From positions 1,676 to 65,675 of the IMG/VR virus record IMGVR_UViG_3300027816_000103: a DNA stretch of 64,000 nucleotides; one strand, 5' to 3'. A model generated the notes under the pieces. It had not been told where the DNA came from and ran no database searches. It worked only from the letters and a program-made list of their open reading frames with translations. Positions 30,670 through 39,384 of the stretch are shown here, one piece after another. This stretch comes from a virus (lineage: Duplodnaviria; Caudoviricetes). Numbering within the stretch: position 1 is the stretch's first letter; the number at the start of each line of letters is the position of its first letter. The position numbers were made by a program, and so were the translations under genes.

Positions 30670-31084
30670 CTTTAGTTTTGCATCCATGATTTCAATTATT
30701 TTAATAGCTATATCAGGAATGTGCTTTGCAGTTGCAGATTCACTAGGTGTTCTGTTTTATGATAGCATTTTCTATAGAATTATATGTTGGAAAAGTCAAC
30801 ATAGAGAACAATGGTGGAACTCTTCTATATCTTGGAAAAATAAATATAGAAATGGATTAGTGTATAGGGGAAGAAAATCATTTAGATTATTCTCAGTTAA
30901 GTTTCCTATACCATCTTTGTTTTTCTCCGCGTTTGACCTATTTAATACTATTCATATAATCACAATGCTATTGTCAATATCTTTATACACTACCATTGTA
31001 TCTCCTTTTTATGTTGATTTTATTATTCTTTTATTAATATGGAACTCTTCATTTATATTTTTTAAATCAATTTTTGTAAAGTAA
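30647..31084 (+). CDS. Membrane protein
   Basis: About three hydrophobic helices; SISWKNKY motif. Confidence 0.6.
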   Translation: MLWNKITNFSFASMISIILIAISGMCFAVADSLGVLFYDSIFYRIICWKSQHREQWWNSSISWKNKYRNGLVYRGRKSFRLFSVKFPIPSLFFSAFDLFNTIHIITMLLSISLYTTIVSPFYVDFIILLLIWNSSFIFFKSIFVK

Positions 31085-31105
31085 AAACATTAAAATTTGT
31101 AAAAT

Positions 31106-31303
31106 ATGAACAAACAAGAATCTAAGTTTTTTATAATAATGTTAATGGCGGGATTTACGCTATGCTGTTGGTTTTTGATTTTGATACACAATGATAATAT
31201 GGACCTTAAAAAAGAAATAAAAGAATACAAAAAACATGAACTACTACCTAAACAGATACCCGCTTGTTGCGATAGTATCAAAAGAAGCTCTACCGGAGTT
31301 TAA
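31106..31303 (+). CDS. Small single-TM protein
   Basis: N-terminal TM helix plus short coiled coil; overlaps the next ORF. Confidence 0.45.
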   Translation: MNKQESKFFIIMLMAGFTLCCWFLILIHNDNMDLKKEIKEYKKHELLPKQIPACCDSIKRSSTGV

Positions 31304-31721
31304 AAGATTCGGCTCACAAGACATGGGTTGGGATGAGGAAAAAGACATTCCACTATTAAGCGAACATCTACATAAAGTTGTTTGGATAGATGAAGATGCT
31401 TTTGAAAGCAATATGAAGAGGCTTGTTAAGTTTCTTTTTAGAGCAACAATGAATCAAAGCCAGGCTCTACAGTTAGCAGAGGATCAACTATCAAGCATAC
31501 TTAGAAGAGATCCATTCATACCTGAGTATTTTGGGTTTGAGGATAAAGGCAATATGATTTTCCAGAAAGAAGATGTTATAATGGAGATGATAGGCGGGGG
31601 AAGATATAGGATTAATTTTGGAGACAGCATAGAGTTAGAGTTATTTATTCCCACCGCACTTGTAGGATTTTTTGTTATGGCTTCCTTTGGAATTATTTCA
31701 TTTGAAGATGATAAAATATAA
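31236..31721 (+). CDS. Hypothetical protein
   Basis: 161-aa ORF; start uncertain. Confidence 0.55.
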   Translation: MNYYLNRYPLVAIVSKEALPEFKRFGSQDMGWDEEKDIPLLSEHLHKVVWIDEDAFESNMKRLVKFLFRATMNQSQALQLAEDQLSSILRRDPFIPEYFGFEDKGNMIFQKEDVIMEMIGGGRYRINFGDSIELELFIPTALVGFFVMASFGIISFEDDKI

Positions 31722-31723
31722 GT

Positions 31724-31936
31724 ATGCCAGATATAACTAAATGCACAGGAGAAGATTGCCCTGTAAAAATAGAGTGCTACAGGTATACATCTGTACCCAA
31801 TCAACATTACCAAGCATACTTTACATCCCCTCCAATAAAAAAAGGAAAGTGTGATTTTTTTTGGGGAGAATTACAAAAATCAGTACATAGTCAATTAAAA
31901 GAGATAGTTAAACCAAATAAAAAAAAGAAAAAATGA
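31724..31936 (+). CDS. Small Cys-containing phage protein
   Basis: MPDITKCTGEDCPVKIECYRY. Confidence 0.7.
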   Translation: MPDITKCTGEDCPVKIECYRYTSVPNQHYQAYFTSPPIKKGKCDFFWGELQKSVHSQLKEIVKPNKKKKK

Positions 31937-32022
31937 AACCATTTATTTTTGGCCTATTATTAGGCGCAGTAGTAAGCTACATAATTATTTTAGCAATTCT
32001 AAAAACAATAAAAAAAATATAA
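31933..32022 (+). CDS. 29-aa single-TM peptide preceding the endolysin
   Basis: Hand translation MKPFIFGLLLGAVVSYIIILAILKTIKKI; ATGA overlap with the upstream gene. Confidence 0.5.
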   Translation: MKPFIFGLLLGAVVSYIIILAILKTIKKI

Positions 32023-32024
32023 GC

Positions 32025-32915
32025 ATGATACTAAAAGTAGGTTCAAAAGGAGAGGCAGTTAAATCTTTACAGACCTTTCTAAATATCACAGCAGATGGTA
32101 TATTCGGTAAAAACACAGAAGCTGCCGTTAAACAGTATCAAGAGAATCATGGTCTTGTACCAGATGGTATAGTCGGGAAAAGAACATGGACATCTATGGG
32201 ATTGGCAGCTACAGATAATGCAGAAAGGCCAGACATAATAGAAGAACAAGATATTACTCTTGATATTAAAAAGTCATACCTTCCAAAAGGACAATACATT
32301 GAGGCTAATGTTAAAAAGCAATGGATATTCCTACATCACACAGCAGGTTGGCAGAATCCATACGGAACTATATCTGGGTGGGCAAGAGATGATAGAGGAA
32401 TGGTTGCTACAGAGTTTGTTATCGGAGGGCAGTCAATTTATGGCAATGATAATAAATATGATGGAGAGGTAGTACAGGCTTTCCCTGCCGGAAGCTATGG
32501 TTGGCATCTTGGAATTGGAAGAACAGCCATGCACATGAACTCTGTAGGTATTGAAGTTTGCAATTTCGGGAATCTAAAGGATGGTAAGACTTGGGCGGGA
32601 GGGACAGTAGTTGAATCACAAATCGTTAAACTAAAACAAAAGTTTAAAGGAGCTGAATACTACCACAGATATTCAGACACTCAACTAAAAGCATTAAAGC
32701 AGCTAATACTATTTATAGCAGAAAGAGACAATATAGATCCAAGAAAAGGAATCAGGCAGTTAATTGAAGCAAAAGGAGTATTCCCAGCATTTGAAATGAC
32801 CGATGCTAAATACTGTTCAATGAATCCTGGAATGTACACACATGTTAATGTATTTGCGGGTAAATGCGATATGTTTCCACAGGTTGAAGTAGTGGATATG
32901 ATAATGAGTTTATGA
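32025..32915 (+). CDS. Endolysin: peptidoglycan-binding domain plus N-acetylmuramoyl-L-alanine amidase
   Basis: LKVGSKGEAVKSLQ...DGIFG...DGIVG (PG-binding); IFLHHTAG, SVGIEVCN, THVN (Zn amidase). Confidence 0.9.
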   Translation: MILKVGSKGEAVKSLQTFLNITADGIFGKNTEAAVKQYQENHGLVPDGIVGKRTWTSMGLAATDNAERPDIIEEQDITLDIKKSYLPKGQYIEANVKKQWIFLHHTAGWQNPYGTISGWARDDRGMVATEFVIGGQSIYGNDNKYDGEVVQAFPAGSYGWHLGIGRTAMHMNSVGIEVCNFGNLKDGKTWAGGTVVESQIVKLKQKFKGAEYYHRYSDTQLKALKQLILFIAERDNIDPRKGIRQLIEAKGVFPAFEMTDAKYCSMNPGMYTHVNVFAGKCDMFPQVEVVDMIMSL

Positions 32916-32986
32916 GTTATGTCGCATAACGAATGGTGCTATACGCTCGTTTTAATGGCGTATAGCACGTGTTACAGGTAGTAGGG
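32916..32986. other. attC-like imperfect palindrome
   Basis: GCATAAC...GTGCTATACGC-N11-GCGTATAGCAC...GTTACAG, preceded by GTTATG-TCG-CATAAC. Confidence 0.55.
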
Positions 32987-33746
32987 ATTTTTACCACAAA
33001 ACTTAATTAGAAGTACAAACTAAAAAGAATTAAAAAAAAGAGCGATGGCAAAAATATTAGTAGCTTGTGAAGAAAGTCAAGCAATAACAAAAGCATTTAG
33101 AAAATTAGGACACGAAGCATTTAGTTGTGATTTGCTTCCTTGTAGTGGAGGACATCCAGAATGGCATTATCAACAAGATGTTTTTGAAGTGATTGATAAA
33201 GGATGGGATATGATGATTGCCCACCCACCTTGTACGTATTTATCAGTTGCAGGTGCTTGGGCAATGTATAATAAAGATGGAAGTATAAATGAAGTGCGAA
33301 TGAAAAACCAAAATGATGCTTTGGATTTTGTAAGAAAACTAATGGATGCACCAATAAAACATATTGCGATAGAAAACCCTATAAGTGTTATTAGTAGCCA
33401 AATCAGAAAGCCCGACCAAATTGTGCATCCATATCATTTTGGAGAAAAGGCAAGCAAAAGCACTTGTTTATGGTTGAAAAATTTACCAAAATTAAAGCAT
33501 ACAAATGTTGTTGAAAAAGGCGAGTTTAAGGAGTGGGTGGATAAAAAGAGTGGTAAAACAAAACGACAATCTACTTGGATTTATGATTGCTTACAACAAG
33601 CAAAATCACCCGAACATTTAAGAACATTACGAAGCAAAACATTTCAAGGAATTGCAGATGCTATTTCAGAACAGTGGGGAGGTTTTTTAAATTCTTTTTC
33701 TAACGAAAATGTTTAATCGAAGCACTTCACCCCTATTACCTGTAAC
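32971..33746 (+). mobile_element. Single-gene cassette (integron-cassette-like) carrying the methyltransferase
   Basis: Terminal inverted repeat 15/16: GTTACAGGTAGTAGGG (32971-32986) and CCCTATTACCTGTAAC (33731-33746). Confidence 0.6.
33045..33716 (+). CDS. Short phage-type DNA cytosine-C5 methyltransferase
   Basis: Catalytic AHPPC and IENP motifs; ILVACEESQ N-terminus; RSKTFQGIADA C-terminus. Confidence 0.75.
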   Translation: MAKILVACEESQAITKAFRKLGHEAFSCDLLPCSGGHPEWHYQQDVFEVIDKGWDMMIAHPPCTYLSVAGAWAMYNKDGSINEVRMKNQNDALDFVRKLMDAPIKHIAIENPISVISSQIRKPDQIVHPYHFGEKASKSTCLWLKNLPKLKHTNVVEKGEFKEWVDKKSGKTKRQSTWIYDCLQQAKSPEHLRTLRSKTFQGIADAISEQWGGFLNSFSNENV

Positions 33747-33766
33747 TCGTTTATAAGCGCACCTTT

Positions 33767-33885
33767 TGTAACATATATAGTACAAAAATGTTACATTTTG
33801 TCCTTTATGTGATACATTAAAATTATACGCGATCAGGTATAAAACAACCTAAAGTAGCATATTTTATATGCGATAGGGTATAAAA
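33767..33885. repeat. Cluster of short palindromes
   Basis: TGTAACAT-N13-ATGTTACA (33767-33795); TTATACGCGATCAGGTATAA (33823-33842); TTTTATATGCGATAGGGTATAAAA (33862-33885). Confidence 0.7.
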
Positions 33886-33893
33886 ATAAAAAC

Positions 33894-34034
33894 ATGAACA
33901 AACAATTAATACAGAGAATAGAGGAGATCTTCTTAGAAAAGCTCAAAGAAAAGACAGGGTGGGGGAGAAATCAAATAATAAAGATTTTCAAAGAGTCCAT
34001 CAAAGAAGCTCTCTTAGAATTTGTAGATAAATAA
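33894..34034 (+). CDS. Small hypothetical protein (46 aa)
   Basis: Hand translation MNKQLIQRIEEIFLEKLKEKTGWGRNQ...; AAAAC-ATG leader. Confidence 0.6.
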   Translation: MNKQLIQRIEEIFLEKLKEKTGWGRNQIIKIFKESIKEALLEFVDK

Positions 34035-34040
34035 TACAGC

Positions 34041-34367
34041 ATGAACTACCATCAATCAACAGGAAAGACCATACAGCAGTCTTTCGAGGAATACCATTCC
34101 TTAAACCCAATAGTGTATAGCCACTTTAAAAGATTAGCATTTAAAGCCATTGATGCGGGGAAGAAAAAGATTTCCTTCAAGATGATTATGAATGTCATCC
34201 GGTGGGAAATATTCTTAACAGTAGAAGAGCCAACTCTATTCAACCTAGAAGGCAAATTAACAAAGTTTAAAATTAATGATGCTTATGGCAGCAGATACGC
34301 TCGTATCTTTGTCGAAGAATTCCCAGAGCATAAAGACAAAATAGAATTAAGAAGATTAAGGGCATGA
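34041..34367 (+). CDS. Hypothetical phage protein
   Basis: 108 aa in the operon. Confidence 0.65.
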   Translation: MNYHQSTGKTIQQSFEEYHSLNPIVYSHFKRLAFKAIDAGKKKISFKMIMNVIRWEIFLTVEEPTLFNLEGKLTKFKINDAYGSRYARIFVEEFPEHKDKIELRRLRA

Positions 34368-34618
34368 TTATAGAAATAGACACAAAAGAAGAAGTTATAG
34401 ATGTAGAACTAACATTCGAAACTTCAAAAGTAAATGACAGCATAGGCAACTATGACTACTCAGGATTCCAATACTATGATAGCCAGGATGATAGAATAGT
34501 TGTAGATAAGTTTGAGTGGGATGAGTCTCTATACTCAGAAGCTCAAAATAAAACAATAAAAAAGTACATTTATAATAACTTCCCAGAACTTGAGGAAAGA
34601 GTAATAGAAAAACTATGA
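34364..34618 (+). CDS. Hypothetical acidic protein
   Basis: ATGA-coupled ORF. Confidence 0.6.
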   Translation: MIIEIDTKEEVIDVELTFETSKVNDSIGNYDYSGFQYYDSQDDRIVVDKFEWDESLYSEAQNKTIKKYIYNNFPELEERVIEKL

Positions 34619-34830
34619 TGGACAATAAAACAGCAGTAATGTGGTTGGCAGAACAACTTGAAAAGTATGGAACCACAGAACATCTACAGATCTCGTGGGA
34701 AAAGCTAGATAAGTTGGTCCAAAGAGCAATCAAAATAGAACAGAGAGAAAGAGTAGAAATATTCAGAGGAGGAAATGAGATAGTTAGAATGGCTACCCAA
34801 ATAATAAGAAAAAAGAGAAACAATGAATAA
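34615..34830 (+). CDS. Hypothetical protein
   Basis: KTAVMWLAEQL motif; coupled ORF. Confidence 0.6.
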   Translation: MMDNKTAVMWLAEQLEKYGTTEHLQISWEKLDKLVQRAIKIEQRERVEIFRGGNEIVRMATQIIRKKRNNE

Positions 34831-35203
34831 AGAACAACAAGAAAAGCACCTAGAGCATATCTTCTCCAAAATGCGGGAAATAATGCTTAAAAAAGGAAAT
34901 GACTATGCCACACAAGACAGGCTAAGTAACTTCAAACTCGCAGGAAATATCTGTGGAATATCCCCAGAAATACAATGCCTATCCCTCATAGCCACAAAAG
35001 TAGCAAGACTATCCGTACTTTTGCATAACCAAAATAAGCCTAACTATGAAAGCATTAGTGATAGCATCATTGATCTTATCAATTACTCAGCTCTGTTGGA
35101 TATGCTACTCTTTGATAAAGAAGAAAAGAAAACAAAAACAAGCCTTAAAGAAATTGTCCAGAACAAAACAATTGAATATTGGACAAAAACACAAACAACA
35201 TAG
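34823..35203 (+). CDS. Nucleotide-modification-associated (DUF1599/Nmad1-like) protein
   Basis: KKGNDYA..DRLSNF...KVARL...ESISDSIIDLINYS pattern. Confidence 0.6.
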   Translation: MNKEQQEKHLEHIFSKMREIMLKKGNDYATQDRLSNFKLAGNICGISPEIQCLSLIATKVARLSVLLHNQNKPNYESISDSIIDLINYSALLDMLLFDKEEKKTKTSLKEIVQNKTIEYWTKTQTT

Positions 35204-35505
35204 CAATCATGAAAACATCAACAATCACACAAACAATCCTTAACGGAGAAACCTACTACAAAGGATTCTCAATCCAAAAGATTGAAAAGACAGACAGAAC
35301 AATAGACCACGAACAAAGAAAGAGATACTACGTCTACAGAGCCTATAGGCGGGGAATAATTGATAAGGTCCTCCCATCAAAACTAGAAGCCTGTAACTTT
35401 ATAGACAACTTCATAACAGGACTAACATCTTACCATACACTCCTTACAAACAACAAAGGACTACTCGATAACCTATTAACTGACATAGAACCTATAAACA
35501 ACTAA
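35179..35505 (+). CDS. Hypothetical protein
   Basis: Last ORF before a terminator. Confidence 0.55.
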   Translation: MDKNTNNIAIMKTSTITQTILNGETYYKGFSIQKIEKTDRTIDHEQRKRYYVYRAYRRGIIDKVLPSKLEACNFIDNFITGLTSYHTLLTNNKGLLDNLLTDIEPINN

Positions 35506-35528
35506 AACCAATAAATAACCAACCAAAC

Positions 35529-35560
35529 AAGAGCCTACTGTAAATTAGTAGGCTTCTTTA
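35529..35560 (+). terminator. Intrinsic terminator
   Basis: AGCCTACT-GTAAATT-AGTAGGCT followed by TCTTT. Confidence 0.7.
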
Positions 35561-35948
35561 TTTATACCCCCTCCCATATCACATAATCGGAAATAAACCG
35601 ATTAAACAAGTCGCATTTTGCGACCTCAAAATAAATAAGCCTTTAAAACAATAGAAAATACCCAAAAGGTATAAAAGGACACAAGAACATACAAAGTGCC
35701 TTAAAATCAATTTAAATCATGTTCTAATGGTATTTTAGATAGCATAAATAATATAGCGCCACAACACCCCCTCCGGTACAATAAAAACAGAAGCCAATTT
35801 CCTACTACAAATAATACACTTTGAACAAGTACCCATGTGATTTGCATTTCTATGTGGGTGGGGGAGTATGCGTACCTTTCACCCCCTCCCCCGTTCCCGT
35901 TTCCCCAAGCGAAGCCAAGCGAAGAGGGGGACAAGGGGACACAAAATA

Positions 35949-35976
35949 TTTTCTTATAATATCTATTATGTTAAGT
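35949..35976 (+). other. XerCD dif-like recombination site
   Basis: TTTTCTTATAA-TATCTA-TTATGTTAAGT versus E. coli dif GGTGCGCATAA-TGTATA-TTATGTTAAAT: 11-6-11 layout, XerD arm 10/11, inner ATAA conserved. Confidence 0.7.
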
Positions 35977-36064
35977 ACAGGTTTATGTAGCTGATATTCA
36001 GTTTTTTATCTGTGTTAAATGTATTTTTTGTAGTATTATTTCAGATTTTAACATATTTGCTTAT

Positions 36065-36092
36065 AGTACGTTTTAACAATTTTATGTTAAAT
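36065..36092 (+). other. Second, degenerate dif-like site
   Basis: AGTACGTTTTA-ACAATT-TTATGTTAAAT, with a perfect canonical XerD arm. Confidence 0.45.
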
Positions 36093-36358
36093 TAACAAAT
36101 AGGACCAAGAAAGGAACTGAAAAAGATTATTTGTTAAATTTGTTAATTGCTTATTTAGAATCGTTCTAAATAATGAACATTTAACAATTTTAACGTTTTT
36201 AACATTCACCATTTTTTTAGCTCAAAAAGTTAACGTGATAATATTATTATCAAAGTATTGATAATCTTATTTGCTCTGCTTCGCTCCTCTTTTTTTATGT
36301 TCTTTTTGTTATGTTTATTTTTTTAGGTAATTATTTAAAGGATATTTTTTTTATTGCC

Positions 36359-36394
36359 GGTACAACAGGATCTACAGGTACAACAGGATCTACA
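36359..36394. repeat. Perfect 18-bp tandem repeat
   Basis: GGTACAACAGGATCTACA twice. Confidence 0.9.
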
Positions 36395-36550
36395 TGTTTT
36401 GTTTATTGGTTTGTTTCTTATCTCTTCTCTCTCTGTGTTAGTTCTTATCTTTATATTTCCCGCCCGAGGCCTCACAAAGGCATTATTTTTATTTTCATTC
36501 TTATTTCCTACTATAATTAAGTATTTTAACATTCTTTAACATTTATACTA

Positions 36551-36580
36551 TTGACTTATTAGTTTATAGTAGTATATTTG
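36551..36580 (+). promoter_or_regulatory. Consensus Bacteroidota housekeeping promoter (early)
   Basis: TTG-N19-TATATTTG upstream of ORF 36617. Confidence 0.75.
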
Positions 36581-36616
36581 CACTCATAAAACAATAACAC
36601 AATAAAAACACACACA

Positions 36617-36814
36617 ATGAAAACAACACACAACACACAAAAAAAGTTAGTATTAAATTTTAATTACTTCCTTTATGTTTTAGCCTTATTTTTAATCTGT
36701 CTTTTATTCTCTTGTTCCTCTTCAAAATGTTGTACTGGAGTGCAAAGTAAAAAGGCAATAAATAAGGCAATAAGCCATAAAAGTAACTTTATTAAAAAGA
36801 AATACAATTTATAA
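36617..36814 (+). CDS. Small putative lipoprotein, first early gene
   Basis: Hydrophobic signal ending in the lipobox-like LLFS-C. Confidence 0.5.
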   Translation: MKTTHNTQKKLVLNFNYFLYVLALFLICLLFSCSSSKCCTGVQSKKAINKAISHKSNFIKKKYNL

Positions 36815-36822
36815 AACTTTAT

Positions 36823-36845
36823 TCCCCCGCTTTTTGTGGGGGATA
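36823..36845 (+). terminator. Hairpin (terminator or processing site)
   Basis: TCCCCCGC-TTTTT-GTGGGGGA. Confidence 0.5.
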
Positions 36846-37011
36846 TTTAAAAAATTTCAATCATGCAATATCTAAAATCATACACCGCCAACGATGGCAC
36901 AATACTAATAAGATACAAAGATAAAACAGGATATATTAATATAGTTCCTCTCTTTGTATGGAAACAAATTAAAAACAAATAAAAAAATAAACAACACAAA
37001 AAACACACACA

Positions 37012-38274
37012 ATGAACACACAAGAAAAAACAAACACAATTAGCGAATTAAGAGAGATAATAAATTTCGCTAATGAAAACGGAGAATATCCTAAAGACTT
37101 ATTTTCATTCATACAAGAAAAACAAATAAGTCTTAAAAATATCATATACTCAATAAAAAATCATGATATTTATTTAGATGATATTTTAGGAGATAAAAAT
37201 TGTTTTGAACACAATGGATATTTTTATAATTGCGAATTATGGATAATAACAAGAGAAGATGAAGTTGTTTACGTTGATGATGCTAACTTTTGCGAATACT
37301 CACAGGAATATACAACGGAAGATATTACAGAAGTAAAAATAAGTAGGAGAGAATCTCAATACTGGAGTGAAAGTAAAGCTGAAAGATACGCTTATTTATA
37401 TGGGGGTGATTATTACGAAAATTTAGAAAATTTCGACCTTGTTACCTGTACTGATGATGATGAAATTTACCACATTGATGACCTTTATTATTGGGAATCT
37501 GACCAAGAATACCACTTAGAATCCGAAGAAGAATCAGAAATTTATGTAAACGATTATCACTCAGGAAAACATGAAAAAATAACATTTACAGAAAATCAAA
37601 AATTCTTTATTGGTTATGAAATAGAGAAAGAAGATAAAGAGATAAAAGAATCTATTTGTATAAGTGATTTTAAGAGTAATTGCCCTAAGTGGAGAAAGGA
37701 AAGAGATGGTAGTTTAAATTCTGAATCAGGGTTTGAATTAATTTCACCCACAATGGAATTAAATGTACAAGAGATAGAAAAGTATATTAGAAAAAATAAA
37801 ACGCTCATAAGCCATATAAACGCGGAAAAATCGAATTCTTGTGGCGGGCATATAAATATTTCACAAATAGACTTAACAGGAGAAGAATTATTCGACAAAA
37901 TTAAAGGATATACGCCCCTATTTTATGCCTTATATCATAAAAGAGTAGATAAAGACTATTGCAAAGGAAAGAAAAATACAGAATTAAAAGGTCAAAACGA
38001 AAAATATCAAGCCATTAAGATACATGATAACAGGGTAGAATATAGAATTATTAGTGCTGTTCCGAATTTCAATACTTTAATCTGGAGAACTAAATTATTT
38101 GATTTTATTTTAAATAACCAATCTTCCTGCCCAAAAGACGTATTTTTTAAAATTAATACATCACCATTAAAGGAATTATTAATGGAGCAATACCCAAACG
38201 AAAAATTTGAAGTATTAGTTAACAGGATTATATCCTTTACTCTTCAGTTCGAAAACATACAACTAAAAAAATAA
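37012..38274 (+). CDS. Putative amidoligase (COOH-NH2 ligase, Amidoligase_2-like)
   Basis: IGYEIE, ERDGSL, GFELISP, SCGGHINIS, KYQAI and RVEYRI motifs; Tyr/Asp-rich repetitive N-terminal region. Confidence 0.8.
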   Translation: MNTQEKTNTISELREIINFANENGEYPKDLFSFIQEKQISLKNIIYSIKNHDIYLDDILGDKNCFEHNGYFYNCELWIITREDEVVYVDDANFCEYSQEYTTEDITEVKISRRESQYWSESKAERYAYLYGGDYYENLENFDLVTCTDDDEIYHIDDLYYWESDQEYHLESEEESEIYVNDYHSGKHEKITFTENQKFFIGYEIEKEDKEIKESICISDFKSNCPKWRKERDGSLNSESGFELISPTMELNVQEIEKYIRKNKTLISHINAEKSNSCGGHINISQIDLTGEELFDKIKGYTPLFYALYHKRVDKDYCKGKKNTELKGQNEKYQAIKIHDNRVEYRIISAVPNFNTLIWRTKLFDFILNNQSSCPKDVFFKINTSPLKELLMEQYPNEKFEVLVNRIISFTLQFENIQLKK

Positions 38275-38309
38275 AAATAACAATACAAAACAATTAAAAA
38301 ACAAAAATT

Positions 38310-39122
38310 ATGTGCATAGCAATTTTAAACACCAAAAACAAATTAAAACTTGATTATTTAGAAAATTCATGGGAAAATAATAATCAAGGCGGAGGATTAT
38401 TGTATAATCACAACGGAAAATTAATAACCTTTAAAACTTATTCTAAGGAAATATTTATCGAGGAATACTACAAAGTTAGAAAGAAAATCACCGGTAAAAT
38501 AGTGCTACATTTCAGAATAGCTACGTCAGGGCACACGCCTTATGTTAACTTACACCCATTCAAAGTCAATGATAATTTAGGCTTTGTACATAATGGAATA
38601 ATTAACGGAATAGGCAATAAAGAATATTCAGATACATATTTCTTTAATGAGATGTTAAGAGAATTAAAACACGATTTTTTAAACTGCAAACAGACTAAAA
38701 AATTAATAGCAAACTATATTGGTAGTAGTAAATTAGTTTTTCTTGATAGCAAAGATAACCACACTATTATAAACGAAAAATTAGGGCATTGGCACGAAGG
38801 GGATTGGTTTTCAAACGATAGTTATAAAAGCTATTCAGACTTTGTTTATTATGGTAATGAGAAAGTTTATAAGACAAGTAAAAAGAATGAAATCAGCGAA
38901 AAGGAATTTAACGACAGACTTTCTTGGTTTTCAAATACTATGACTTATAATTTAAGTTACTTGGCTGACTTGTTAGAAGTTGAGGAAAAAAGCTATGATC
39001 TAATAGAAAATATCGAAGATATTTCATTCACTATAAATTCATTAGATATTGAAAGAATCATTGATTATGTTCTTACAGAGCTTTATAATGATGAACAAAT
39101 TAATGATAAATTCCTATATTAA
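38310..39122 (+). CDS. Class II (Ntn) glutamine amidotransferase
   Basis: Cys2 (MCIAI), HFRIATSG, NLHPF, FVHNGII, SDT. Confidence 0.85.
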   Translation: MCIAILNTKNKLKLDYLENSWENNNQGGGLLYNHNGKLITFKTYSKEIFIEEYYKVRKKITGKIVLHFRIATSGHTPYVNLHPFKVNDNLGFVHNGIINGIGNKEYSDTYFFNEMLRELKHDFLNCKQTKKLIANYIGSSKLVFLDSKDNHTIINEKLGHWHEGDWFSNDSYKSYSDFVYYGNEKVYKTSKKNEISEKEFNDRLSWFSNTMTYNLSYLADLLEVEEKSYDLIENIEDISFTINSLDIERIIDYVLTELYNDEQINDKFLY

Positions 39123-39131
39123 AAAACTTTG

Positions 39132-39162
39132 CAGAGGGAGGGAATTTCCCGCCCTCTGTTTT
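39132..39162 (+). terminator. Intrinsic terminator
   Basis: CAGAGGGAGGGAA-T-TTCCCGCCCTCTG followed by TTTT. Confidence 0.7.
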
Positions 39163-39175
39163 AAAAAAAACAAAT

Positions 39176-39361
39176 ATGGAAAGCAATAAATTAAACGAAC
39201 AGGAAATTGTTGACACAATGGGAATGTACTTTGAAATTTTTTCTGTAATAGACAAATACAAAGAAATTAAGCCAACAGAAAAACTGATGAAAATACTACA
39301 TTCAGATTACAATAATTTAAAAATGCAATACACAGAAATTCAAAAACAAAGAAATAAATAA
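39176..39361 (+). CDS. Small early hypothetical protein
   Basis: 61 aa, A-rich leader. Confidence 0.55.
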   Translation: MESNKLNEQEIVDTMGMYFEIFSVIDKYKEIKPTEKLMKILHSDYNNLKMQYTEIQKQRNK

Positions 39362-39384
39362 ATAACAAATTAAAAAATAAACTT

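Noticed and set aside
33045-33716. CCCGC enrichment as the target of the phage methyltransferase
   Set aside because: The MTase looks recently inserted while the motif is genome-wide, and methylation would not explain polarity switching near 36 kb. Not fully excluded without methylome data.
29086-36394. CRISPR or mini-array from the short repeats at 29126/29168, 33823/33862 and 36359
   Set aside because: Each has only two copies of 14-24 bp with no regular spacer series. The Cas4-like nuclease sits in an ordinary recombination operon.
35707-36539. ORFs 35707..35934, 36311..36520, 36335..36532 and 36354..36539
   Set aside because: They are low-complexity, mutually overlapping frames produced by repeats in the non-coding control region.
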